Source: Myxococcales bacterium
GTDB lineage: Bacteria; Myxococcota_A; Polyangia; Polyangiales; Houyiibacteriaceae
Direction: 5' to 3'
Assembly: GCA_030622585.1 (NCBI GenBank)
Contig: JAUXFZ010000001.1
Coordinates: forward strand, 1-25,214
Length of the DNA: 25,214 nucleotides
This document shows, piece by piece, positions 1 to 7,531 of this stretch (the stretch's first letter is position 1; each line of letters opens with the position of its first letter). Both the position numbers and the translations under genes were made by a program. The notes beneath the pieces are model-generated. The model did not search any database. It was not told where the DNA came from and saw nothing but the letters and a program-made list of their open reading frames with translations.

Positions 1-1962
1 CTTGGCTCACAGAACGACATGGCTACGATCCGACTTTCCGTACTTTCCCAGGCGCAAGATCTAGCCGACGTCGGCGACTACGAAGGTGTCGTCGTCGAAG
101 TGAATCGCCTGACCATGTTTCTTTCTCCGTCCGACTACGCAGCGGGTGTTCTGCCGAAGTACGTCGAACCCATCGCGAAGCACATCGCCGATCGAGGGGG
201 CTGGCTCGGCGATGAAGGCAATGTGCTCGCGGCAAATTTCATCCTCGAACGCTTGACCGGGGAGGAGATATACCGGCGCCGCTACGACGCGGTGGCGAGC
301 TGGGGGCGCGAGGCGCGCGCCAACCTCGATACGGTCTCCGAGCAGTATGCAGGTCTCATTTCGGTGTGGATCGATCATGCGGACCTGACCCCTGCGCCAG
401 AAATTCTCGATGCGCTCGCTGATCTGCACATCGCCGGGCGCGAGGCGGTTGCTGCCGAGAGCGCCGAGAATCGCCACCGTCTCGGGATCGCAGGCGAACG
501 TCAGCTCCGGCTGGCGCCCTTGAATGTCGCTGCGGTGTACCTCACGCATGGAGACATCGAGTCCGCGGTCGCGAAGGTCGCGTCCATGCCGCTAGGGGGG
601 CCGGGCGGGGAGCTTCAGCTTCGACTCCTCGACCTGATGCGGGCTGCCCGGAGCGCCGATGAAGTGGGCGCGGCAGCCACGTTTGAGCTCGTCGAGGGTT
701 ATCGGGTGGCCAGGCCCGATGTGGCGGCGGGCCTGTGTCGGTCCGCCCTCGCCCGTTTCCCCCAGGACCACCGGTTTCCCACCTGCATGGCTCGCGTGGC
801 GGCCGACGCGGAGCAGTTCGCCGACGCGACGGCCTGGTACGTGATCTCGATCGAGCTAGCGCCCGAGATGATCGAGCTCTACGACGAGGCATTGGGCCGG
901 CTGGACGAGTTCATCAAGAGTCGGTTGGCGGATCCGCACCCGGAGCGATCCAGCTCGCTTGCCCGCGGCGCCGAGACGATTCTCGCTGAAAGGCAGAAAC
1001 GATGGCCGGACTCCGCGCCGCCGATCGCACCCAACGAGCTCGAGTTCCTAATCGGCATGCTCGAAATGAACGCCGGTCACGCCGATGACGCCCAGGAGCG
1101 TTTCGAGAGGAGCATCGAAAACGACGAAGATCCGGGTGCTTTGGCCCAACTCGGACTGCTACTCGAGCGAACGGGCCATCCAAAGGAGGCTGAGCAACGT
1201 TACCGCCGCGCGCTGGAGCTATCCCCTACCGGCTCACTGGCCCAAGATCTTCAGCGCGCCGATATCCTCGAGAACCTGGGCAACACGGCCCGCAGTCAGG
1301 GCAGGACCCGAGAGATGATCGCACAGCACGCCGCCGCGCTCAGGTCATGGACCGAAGCGCGCGACCAGGTGGAGGGGCCCACGGCTGCGCTCGTCGAGAT
1401 GCGGCGCGGCGTGCTTTTGGATGGCCTCGGCCGTCACGAAGAAGCCGTCGATGCGTTTGAAACCGCGATGTCCCATGCACCGCAATGGCGCGACGTCTAC
1501 GCAGGCATCCTGGCGCACCTCGTCTCCTCGGACCCCGACTTCGAGCTCGCCTCTTCGGTTTGGCGTAGGTCGCAACTGCATCTCACCTTGCCCCCCGAGT
1601 GGAAGGTCTACTTCACTCTCTGGATTCAGCTCATCACGGCACGTTCCGGGCAGCCCCCTGCCGAGGAGCACACCGATCTTCTCCGACGTCTCGGCGGCGG
1701 CTCCAATTGGTGGGGCAAGCTTGCGAGCTTCGGTGCAGGCGACCTCGACTATGCAGATCTCATCAGCGTGGCGTCGAGTCTCGGAGAGGAGACGGAGGCG
1801 CTCTACTACGAGGGCACGCGCCTGTTCATCGCGGCCGAACGCGAGGCTGCGAACGCTCAGTTCCAACGTGTCCTCGACACGAAAATGGTGAGCTTCTTCG
1901 AGTATGAGATGGCTCGGAAGCTGCTTCTCGAGCAGAGGATCGCTAGCCAACCGAAGCCGTGA
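1..1962 (+). CDS. Large TPR-repeat protein with NlpI-like C-terminal region; probably 5'-truncated by the window edge
   Basis: The frame is open from base 1 (LGSQND) into the ATG at 19 with no SD, so the true start may lie upstream. Many TPR-like helices are present (e.g. ALAQLGLLLERTGHPKEAEQRYRRALELSP, LDGLGRHEEAVDAFETAMSHAP). The C-terminus WWGKLASFGAGDL...EALYYEG...AANAQFQRVL...SFFEYEMA resembles the end of lipoprotein NlpI. Confidence 0.75.
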   Translation, partial: LGSQNDMATIRLSVLSQAQDLADVGDYEGVVVEVNRLTMFLSPSDYAAGVLPKYVEPIAKHIADRGGWLGDEGNVLAANFILERLTGEEIYRRRYDAVASWGREARANLDTVSEQYAGLISVWIDHADLTPAPEILDALADLHIAGREAVAAESAENRHRLGIAGERQLRLAPLNVAAVYLTHGDIESAVAKVASMPLGGPGGELQLRLLDLMRAARSADEVGAAATFELVEGYRVARPDVAAGLCRSALARFPQDHRFPTCMARVAADAEQFADATAWYVISIELAPEMIELYDEALGRLDEFIKSRLADPHPERSSSLARGAETILAERQKRWPDSAPPIAPNELEFLIGMLEMNAGHADDAQERFERSIENDEDPGALAQLGLLLERTGHPKEAEQRYRRALELSPTGSLAQDLQRADILENLGNTARSQGRTREMIAQHAAALRSWTEARDQVEGPTAALVEMRRGVLLDGLGRHEEAVDAFETAMSHAPQWRDVYAGILAHLVSSDPDFELASSVWRRSQLHLTLPPEWKVYFTLWIQLITARSGQPPAEEHTDLLRRLGGGSNWWGKLASFGAGDLDYADLISVASSLGEETEALYYEGTRLFIAAEREAANAQFQRVLDTKMVSFFEYEMARKLLLEQRIASQPKP

Positions 1963-1968
1963 CCGACC

Positions 1969-2460
1969 TCAGGCTTGCTTGGGAGCGGGACCGATGGCCT
2001 CGAAGGCCTCACGCACGTCTGCCGGGGCTTCGACCAGCTCGATCAGCACGCCTTCACCGCCGATCGGGGCCGCTTCGTTGCCCTTGGGGTGGATGAAGCA
2101 TACGCGGTGGCCCGCCGCGCCCACGCGAATACCACCGGGCGTAAACCGCATGCCCTGATCGCCCAGCCACTGTACGGCCGCCTCGATGTCGTCGACCCAG
2201 AGGCCGATGTGATTGAGCGGCGGAGTGTCGACCCGAGGCTTCTTTTCGGGGTCGATGGGCTGCATCAGGTCGACTTCGACCGTGAAGGGACCGGCGCCCA
2301 TCGTCACGATGTCCTCGTCGACGTTCTCCTTCGCGCTCTTGAAGTTTCCGTGTGGCGTCAGACCCAGCGTATCGACCCAGAGGCGGCGAAGAGCGTTCTT
2401 GTCGGCGGCGCCGACGGCCACCTGCTGGATTCCCAAGACCTTGAACGGACGAGTCGTCAT
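1969..2460 (-). CDS. VOC (glyoxalase) superfamily protein, methylmalonyl-CoA epimerase-like
   Basis: Start placed at the ATG of [13 protein letters not shown] (2460), preceded by SD AGAGGA. VOC motifs [14 protein letters not shown] and FIHPK...GVLIELVE are present. The 22-codon upstream extension in the ORF track is not credited. Confidence 0.8.
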   Translation of the reverse strand: MTTRPFKVLGIQQVAVGAADKNALRRLWVDTLGLTPHGNFKSAKENVDEDIVTMGAGPFTVEVDLMQPIDPEKKPRVDTPPLNHIGLWVDDIEAAVQWLGDQGMRFTPGGIRVGAAGHRVCFIHPKGNEAAPIGGEGVLIELVEAPADVREAFEAIGPAPKQA

Positions 2461-2482
2461 GTTTCCTCTTTTGGAGCGCCTG

Positions 2483-2523
2483 ACAATACCCCGGTTGCCG
2501 CCCATGTCCACATGGGACAATCT
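2483..2523. promoter_or_regulatory. Overlapping divergent promoter candidates with palindromes between the VOC gene and trpS
   Basis: Minus strand: TGGACA-N16-TATTGT (2510-2505, 2488-2483). Plus strand: TTGCCG-N17-CAATCT (2495-2500, 2518-2523), 8 nt before the trpS GTG. Palindrome CCCATGT-CC-ACATGGG at 2501-2516. Motif resemblance only. Confidence 0.35.
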
Positions 2524-2531
2524 CACGCCGC

Positions 2532-3494
2532 GTGAAGACGTCTCTTACCGGAATCAAGCCCACCAACTTGCCGCACCTGGGTAATTATTGGGGTGCCATT
2601 CGACCCGCGCTTTCGCTGGTCGGTGAGTACCGCACGCTGTATTTTATCGCCGACTATCACGCGCTGACGACGGTTCGCGATGCCGAAGCGCTGCGCGGCC
2701 ATATTCGTGACGTGGCCGCAACATGGATCGCTTGCGGCCTCGATCCGGAGCGCACGTTGCTTTACAGGCAATCGGATGTTCCCGAGGTTTTCGAGCTCAC
2801 GTGGGTGCTGAGTTGTCTTCTCGCGACGGGGCAGCTCGAGCGTGGCCACGCATACAAGGATGCGCTCTCGCGCGGCGAGTCGCCGAGTGCAGGCCTGTTC
2901 AACTACCCCGCGCTCATGGCGGCCGACATTCTGCTGTACGACACGGACGTCGTGCCGATAGGCAAGGACCAGAAACAGCATCTCGAGCTGACACGCGATG
3001 TCGCGATGCGACTCAACCACATTTACGGCGACGATACCTTGGTCGTCCCCGAGGCGTTGATCAGTGAGGCCCCGCTCGTCCGCGGGACCGACGGTCAGAA
3101 GATGAGCAAGAGCAGGGGCAATGGCATCCCGCTGTTCGAGCCGCCAAAGAAGCTCCGCAAGGCGATCATGAGCATCAAGACCACGTCCGAGGGCCTCGAG
3201 GATCCCAAGGTCGCCGAAGGCTCCACGGTCTACGAGCTTTACGCGTTGGTCGCCCCCGAGCGGGCACCGGAGATGAAGCAGAAGCTCGCTGCAGGAGGGT
3301 ACGGCTGGGGCCACGCCAAAGAAGATCTCTTCCAGGCTATTGAAGCAGAGATTGGCCCCAAGCGAGACGCCTATCTAGCGGTGCGCGCCGATGAGGAACA
3401 GCTCGATGCGATCCTCCACGCCGGCGCCGACAAGGCGCGCCAGATCGCGCGCGCTACGATTCAGCGTGTGCGAAGCGCGGTCGGCATCGACTGA
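2532..3494 (+). CDS. trpS: Tryptophanyl-tRNA synthetase
   Basis: Class I aaRS motifs TGIKPT...HLGNY and KMSKS; TrpRS motifs [10 protein letters not shown] and [18 protein letters not shown]; GTG start. Confidence 0.97.
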   Translation: MKTSLTGIKPTNLPHLGNYWGAIRPALSLVGEYRTLYFIADYHALTTVRDAEALRGHIRDVAATWIACGLDPERTLLYRQSDVPEVFELTWVLSCLLATGQLERGHAYKDALSRGESPSAGLFNYPALMAADILLYDTDVVPIGKDQKQHLELTRDVAMRLNHIYGDDTLVVPEALISEAPLVRGTDGQKMSKSRGNGIPLFEPPKKLRKAIMSIKTTSEGLEDPKVAEGSTVYELYALVAPERAPEMKQKLAAGGYGWGHAKEDLFQAIEAEIGPKRDAYLAVRADEEQLDAILHAGADKARQIARATIQRVRSAVGID

Positions 3495-3495
3495 C

Positions 3496-4005
3496 TCAGT
3501 AGATGCTGCTCCACTGGGAATCGTCTTCGAAGTTTTCGTACTGTTCGTGCGTCCCGGCAGGTCGACTCGATTGCTCGGCTTCCGGGATCACCAATAGGCC
3601 TGGGTGCCCGCTCTCGACCGACTCGTTCGTGAGCAGAAACGTTTGCTTGTGCTTCTGCCAGGTCTGCCGAATCACCGTGTTCGAGAGCACCATCGTGCTC
3701 TGGTCGTACCAACGGACCGCCACGCGTGAGAACGCCCCCTCGCCTTCCTCGTCGGTGTGGGGGTCCATCCCGAGGATCTCGGTATCCGCGATTTGAATGT
3801 CCCGGCCCCAGCGCACGTGCGAGAGCTTGAACTGCGGTCGGAACGGCGGCGCGACGTATCCGCTCGCCACGTCCATACGGCCCCAACGGGTACCCTCGTT
3901 GAGCTCGATGACCGCATCACGCATTCGAGTCTCGGGGCTCAGGTTTTCTAGCAAGCAGCCAGAGAGCCCGATCAATAGAACCGCCCACCAGAATCGTCTC
4001 GCCAT
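3496..4005 (-). CDS. Putative lipoprotein of unknown function
   Basis: Signal MARR + hydrophobic stretch + lipobox LSGC. Mature part is alpha helices followed by beta strands. It fills the gap between convergent trpS and the upstream gene. Confidence 0.75.
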   Translation of the reverse strand: MARRFWWAVLLIGLSGCLLENLSPETRMRDAVIELNEGTRWGRMDVASGYVAPPFRPQFKLSHVRWGRDIQIADTEILGMDPHTDEEGEGAFSRVAVRWYDQSTMVLSNTVIRQTWQKHKQTFLLTNESVESGHPGLLVIPEAEQSSRPAGTHEQYENFEDDSQWSSIY

Positions 4006-4011
4006 GGCCCG

Positions 4012-4041
4012 ACGCTAGGCCCGACCCTCGGCAGTGGGCAA
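4012..4041 (-). promoter_or_regulatory. Sigma70-type promoter for a probable leaderless transcript of the lipoprotein gene
   Basis: Minus strand TTGCCC(4041-4036)-N18-TAGCGT(4017-4012)-N6-ATG(4005). The 36-bp intergenic gap is exactly this promoter; no SD. Confidence 0.6.
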
Positions 4042-6717
4042 CTAATTGGCCAAGCGGGCCCGAGCGGCTTTGTTTGCGGGGTCGACGGACAGGGCCTTGC
4101 GCCACGCCTTGCGCGCTCCGCCCGTATCGCCCACCAGCTGCAGCGCGTCGCCGTACAGGATGTGATACTCCGCCCGGCGCGATCGCTTTCGCGCGGCTTT
4201 CTTGGCCCACTTGGTAGCTCGGGCACCGTCTTTTTTGGCGATGTACAGCGCCGCGTACCCAGCCATGGCTTGCGGGTTCTTGGGGTCCAGCTCCCAAGCG
4301 CGATCGAGTGTGGCCTCGGCGAGGCGAAGCCTGCCATCGCGGATCATCGGCAGCGCGCGGTGGACGAGCACGTCGGAGGCCTTGGCAGCGTCCCGTGGCA
4401 AGTTCTGGCTCGGAACCGAGAGGGCGTTCGGCTTGGCAGCGGCTTCCGTCTTGGCTGGCTTCGGCGGCGGTTGCGGTTTGGCCGCTGCCGGCTCCGGCTC
4501 ATCGACGATGGGCTCCTCCGGTGCCGTGCTCGGTTCGGCCGCTGCCGGCGCCTCGGCCTGCTTAGCCCCGCGGCGCTCGACTGCCTCGAGCCCGTTGACC
4601 GATCCCGTGATGGGGCCCTTGTTGCCTTCGGCTTCCGAGTTGACTGCCAAGGGCGCCTCCACGGAGGCCTTGGTGTCTTGGCTGCTTCGTAGCCACAGCT
4701 GCCAACCGAAGACGCCGAGCCCAGCGAGCAGGGTGAGCAAGAGCAACACCTGAATCCACGCAGCCATACCCGGAGAGGATTGCGCCGGAGCCAACAGCGT
4801 CGCCGGCCCTTCTAGCATTCGCGCTAGCTCGGGCTCGAAGTCGTCGTCTTCCTGGTACATCGGAGTGGGTGGCGGCTGGCGGCTCTCAGGAGGAGGGGGC
4901 GGTGGGGTCCGCTTGCGTACCGGGATCGTCTTGCCCCCGTCACTCTCCTCTTCGGGCAGCATCTCGAACGCCGGTGCCAAGCCAAGCTGTGTGGTCTTTG
5001 GCTTCCGCTTGATTCCGTGGTCGGTGTGCGCGTTCTCGGCGTGGTGTTCTTGCACGCCGCCGTTGGCCGGGGCGGTACGTTGCTGTGTCTCCACGCGGCC
5101 AAGCATCTGCGCCACCTTGTTCGTCGGCCCCTCCTCCTCAGAAAACGCCTGGGGAGATGGCCCGCCGACCGCAGCTTGGAGATGTTGAAAGCGTGGTGGC
5201 GCCATGGTCCGCGCCGCGTCCAACCCGGCCGAGGGGTTCACTCCGGGCGGCACGGTGGCGTGCTCTTCGATCTCGGGCTCCACCGGCGGAACCGTCTCGG
5301 CGGTGACTTCCACGCTGCGGATCCCGTCCGCGAACCCGAGCTCGTGCGAGACCACGCCCAGTGCTTCGTCGACAGGCATCATGATGTTTGCGACGGACGG
5401 CAGGTCTTGCTCGCGTACCGATACGCGGCCGGCGTTGAGACCCCAAAGCGCGAGAAGCGCTGGCATGCCCTGCAGTGTCTGCGTGGTTCCCTCACGCAAC
5501 GTGGCGTAGGCCCCCACGATCGAGTTGTCGGCGATGTCGATTTCGACATTGCGTTTGTGTCCGCCGACCTTGACACGGCGAACACCAGGCATGGAGCCCA
5601 GCGCGCGAAGCAGGCGGCCTGGGCCTATCAGCTCCAGCCGGGTGTCGAAGTCGACTTCGTCTTCGACCCTGTGTGCCATCTCGGCGTCTTGGTCGATCAT
5701 CGGGAGAAGGCGGCTCGCGAGTTGTGCCAGGTCCGGTTCGGCGCCCGATGCAGACGTCGGCCAGAAGTCGTCCCAGCGCACCACCAGCATCGATGCCCAA
5801 CGAAGCTGTGGGTCTTTGCGCATCGCACGCACGAACTCGAGGCCCTTCCCGCCGACCGCGCCTGAATCCAAAACTACGACCTGCGGATCGACTTCTCGAA
5901 TCCTCGGAATGACGGCCGTGGAAAAGTCCGCGGCTGCAATTTGAACACCATGCGCGCCCAAAACGTGCGCCAGCTTTTCGGCGCGGAGCGCGTCGGAATC
6001 GAGAACGACCACGCGGGCGCCTCGCAGGCCGCCGAGATCGAGGTCCTCGGGGTCCGTTGCGCTCGGCAGGGTCGAGAGCCGTCCGCCACTGGCTTCATGG
6101 AACTCGTATTCCAGCGACTCCGATTCCTCCATCGCCTCGCGCAAGCGATCGAGAATCAGCTCCGTGTTGTGCGCCGAGGCACGCTCGGTTTCGACGACTA
6201 CCGGCATGCCTTCGATCACACCCTTGGGAGAGCGAATGCTGAGAATTCCGGTCTTCATGTCGCTGGCGACGAGGTCGACGACGTCCTGCAGGTTGCTCTC
6301 GGTGATCCGGCCCCTCATGAGACCCGGTCGCTCCGGCACCTCGTCCGCAAGCTCGGCGAGTCTTCGTGCGATGGCGTCCGCGCCGGCCCCGCGCGGAACG
6401 ATCGCCACCGCTCCCGTTCGGAAGTCCTGACCTTCATGTTTGAGCACGGCATCGTTCGAGACGACCGCGATCGGCAGTACATCGGTCGCCCGATTTGCCG
6501 CCATGCGCCTCACTACGCTCGCGCCGCCACGCACGGCGGCGTCTCCGATTAGAACGACTAGGTCCGGTGCGTACACGCGAACCGCTTGTTCGAGCTCTGC
6601 CGTTGCACAACCAGCGACGGACGTCCCATGGCGCCGAAGCGCTTCCCCCAACGCTGTCTGCATCGGCTCGCCCTGGCCCACCATCAACACAGTAGGCCGG
6701 TGCTCCTCATCCGACAT
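4042..6717 (-). CDS. Membrane-anchored signalling protein: two degenerate receiver domains each followed by a DUF4388/PATAN-like segment, low-complexity linker, one TM helix, C-terminal TPR
   Basis: REC-like 1: TVLMVGQG...PDLVVLIGD (no phospho-Asp). REC-like 2: RVVVLDSD...PQVVVLDS...LEFVRAMRKDPQL. DUF4388-like: RGRITESNLQDVVDLV...KTGILSI and LQGMPALLALWGLNAGRVSV. TM: WIQVLLLLTLLAGLGVFGWQLW. TPR: LDRAWELDPKNPQAMAG and RKAWRKALSVDPANKAARARL. Confidence 0.75.
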   Translation of the reverse strand: MSDEEHRPTVLMVGQGEPMQTALGEALRRHGTSVAGCATAELEQAVRVYAPDLVVLIGDAAVRGGASVVRRMAANRATDVLPIAVVSNDAVLKHEGQDFRTGAVAIVPRGAGADAIARRLAELADEVPERPGLMRGRITESNLQDVVDLVASDMKTGILSIRSPKGVIEGMPVVVETERASAHNTELILDRLREAMEESESLEYEFHEASGGRLSTLPSATDPEDLDLGGLRGARVVVLDSDALRAEKLAHVLGAHGVQIAAADFSTAVIPRIREVDPQVVVLDSGAVGGKGLEFVRAMRKDPQLRWASMLVVRWDDFWPTSASGAEPDLAQLASRLLPMIDQDAEMAHRVEDEVDFDTRLELIGPGRLLRALGSMPGVRRVKVGGHKRNVEIDIADNSIVGAYATLREGTTQTLQGMPALLALWGLNAGRVSVREQDLPSVANIMMPVDEALGVVSHELGFADGIRSVEVTAETVPPVEPEIEEHATVPPGVNPSAGLDAARTMAPPRFQHLQAAVGGPSPQAFSEEEGPTNKVAQMLGRVETQQRTAPANGGVQEHHAENAHTDHGIKRKPKTTQLGLAPAFEMLPEEESDGGKTIPVRKRTPPPPPPESRQPPPTPMYQEDDDFEPELARMLEGPATLLAPAQSSPGMAAWIQVLLLLTLLAGLGVFGWQLWLRSSQDTKASVEAPLAVNSEAEGNKGPITGSVNGLEAVERRGAKQAEAPAAAEPSTAPEEPIVDEPEPAAAKPQPPPKPAKTEAAAKPNALSVPSQNLPRDAAKASDVLVHRALPMIRDGRLRLAEATLDRAWELDPKNPQAMAGYAALYIAKKDGARATKWAKKAARKRSRRAEYHILYGDALQLVGDTGGARKAWRKALSVDPANKAARARLAN

Positions 6718-6755
6718 CGTCGAGATGGTGGCTGATTCTGTCCGACTTCGCCAGC

Positions 6756-6784
6756 TTGGTGCGTTCCGGGTTGTTGGCTACACT
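6756..6784 (+). promoter_or_regulatory. Sigma70-type promoter, near-leaderless, for the SCP2 gene
   Basis: TTGGTG(6756-6761)-N17-TACACT(6779-6784)-N9-ATG(6794); no SD. Confidence 0.5.
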
Positions 6785-6793
6785 CCGCGCCGC

Positions 6794-7429
6794 ATGACCA
6801 TTTTACCGATGGAGTTCCTCCGGGAGAGCTTTCCGAAGCTTTTCACCCGGGGGGTGGAAGTTCTCGAGAGCCGCGCATCGGGGGGCGATGAGCGAGCTCA
6901 GCGCATCCTGGACGACGTGAAAGGCGTCACCGGCGCGGCCAGCCTTCAGATCGACGACGAGCCGCCGATCGTTTTATCCGCGAGCGCAGGGGTGCTCAGC
7001 TCGGGCGACACACCCGGCGACGGGGTGCCCGTCAGGATCGTGGCGTCGCTACCGGGCAACGCCGCCGCCCTGTTGCTCGCGGAGATCGCAAAAGCCGGCG
7101 CTCTTGAGGATGACGAGGTGGCCATCGGCGCTGCCCAGACCGCTTCGAAGCGATTCGAGGACGCGCTTGCGGGCCGGCCCATGACCACCTTCGTCACGCT
7201 TCGGGGGGTCCCCGACCTCGGTGATGTCGAAGTGCGGGCGGGTTTCAACGTCGCGGAGGTACCGAAAGAGCCCGGTTTCACCGCAGAGTTGCAATTCTCG
7301 GACTTGGAGATGGTCCAGAGCGGCGAGCTTACCATTCAAGAGCTCTTTTTGGGCGGCAAGCTCAAGATGGAGGGCGATTACTCCCTTGCGCTTCAACTCT
7401 CGATGCAGCTCTTGACCAACCCCCTCTGA
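6794..7429 (+). CDS. SCP2 sterol/lipid-binding domain protein, possibly with a degenerate second SCP2 at the N-terminus
   Basis: The C-terminal PGFTAELQFSDLEMVQSGELTIQELFLGGKLKMEGDYSLALQL is typical of SCP2. Start chosen at 6794 (alternative 6809); the ORF-track extension to 6440 overlaps the divergent gene and is not credited. Confidence 0.75.
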   Translation: MTILPMEFLRESFPKLFTRGVEVLESRASGGDERAQRILDDVKGVTGAASLQIDDEPPIVLSASAGVLSSGDTPGDGVPVRIVASLPGNAAALLLAEIAKAGALEDDEVAIGAAQTASKRFEDALAGRPMTTFVTLRGVPDLGDVEVRAGFNVAEVPKEPGFTAELQFSDLEMVQSGELTIQELFLGGKLKMEGDYSLALQLSMQLLTNPL

Positions 7430-7480
7430 ACGGAAGTTCCCCAGTACCGTCGACGGCGTTCGGCAAAGGGGCAGGGGAAC

Positions 7481-7510
7481 TTGCCCGGCACTCCCCGGGT
7501 TGGATACTCT
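7481..7510 (+). promoter_or_regulatory. Candidate sigma70-type promoter of the MCP gene
   Basis: TTGCCC(7481-7486)-N18-TACTCT(7505-7510), 21 nt upstream of ATG 7532. Confidence 0.4.
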
Positions 7511-7531
7511 GGCCCTCGTCAACGGGGGTTC

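Noticed and set aside
4006-4025. Direct repeat GGCCCGAC x2
   Set aside because: Short, GC-rich and fully explained by flanking the -10 box of the lipoprotein promoter.
7461-7500. Resemblance to a c-di-GMP-I riboswitch (GGCAAA followed by a GNRA hairpin) upstream of the MCP
   Set aside because: The downstream GGGACGCAAAGCC-type segment and tetraloop receptor are missing, and the candidate MCP promoter lies downstream of most of it.
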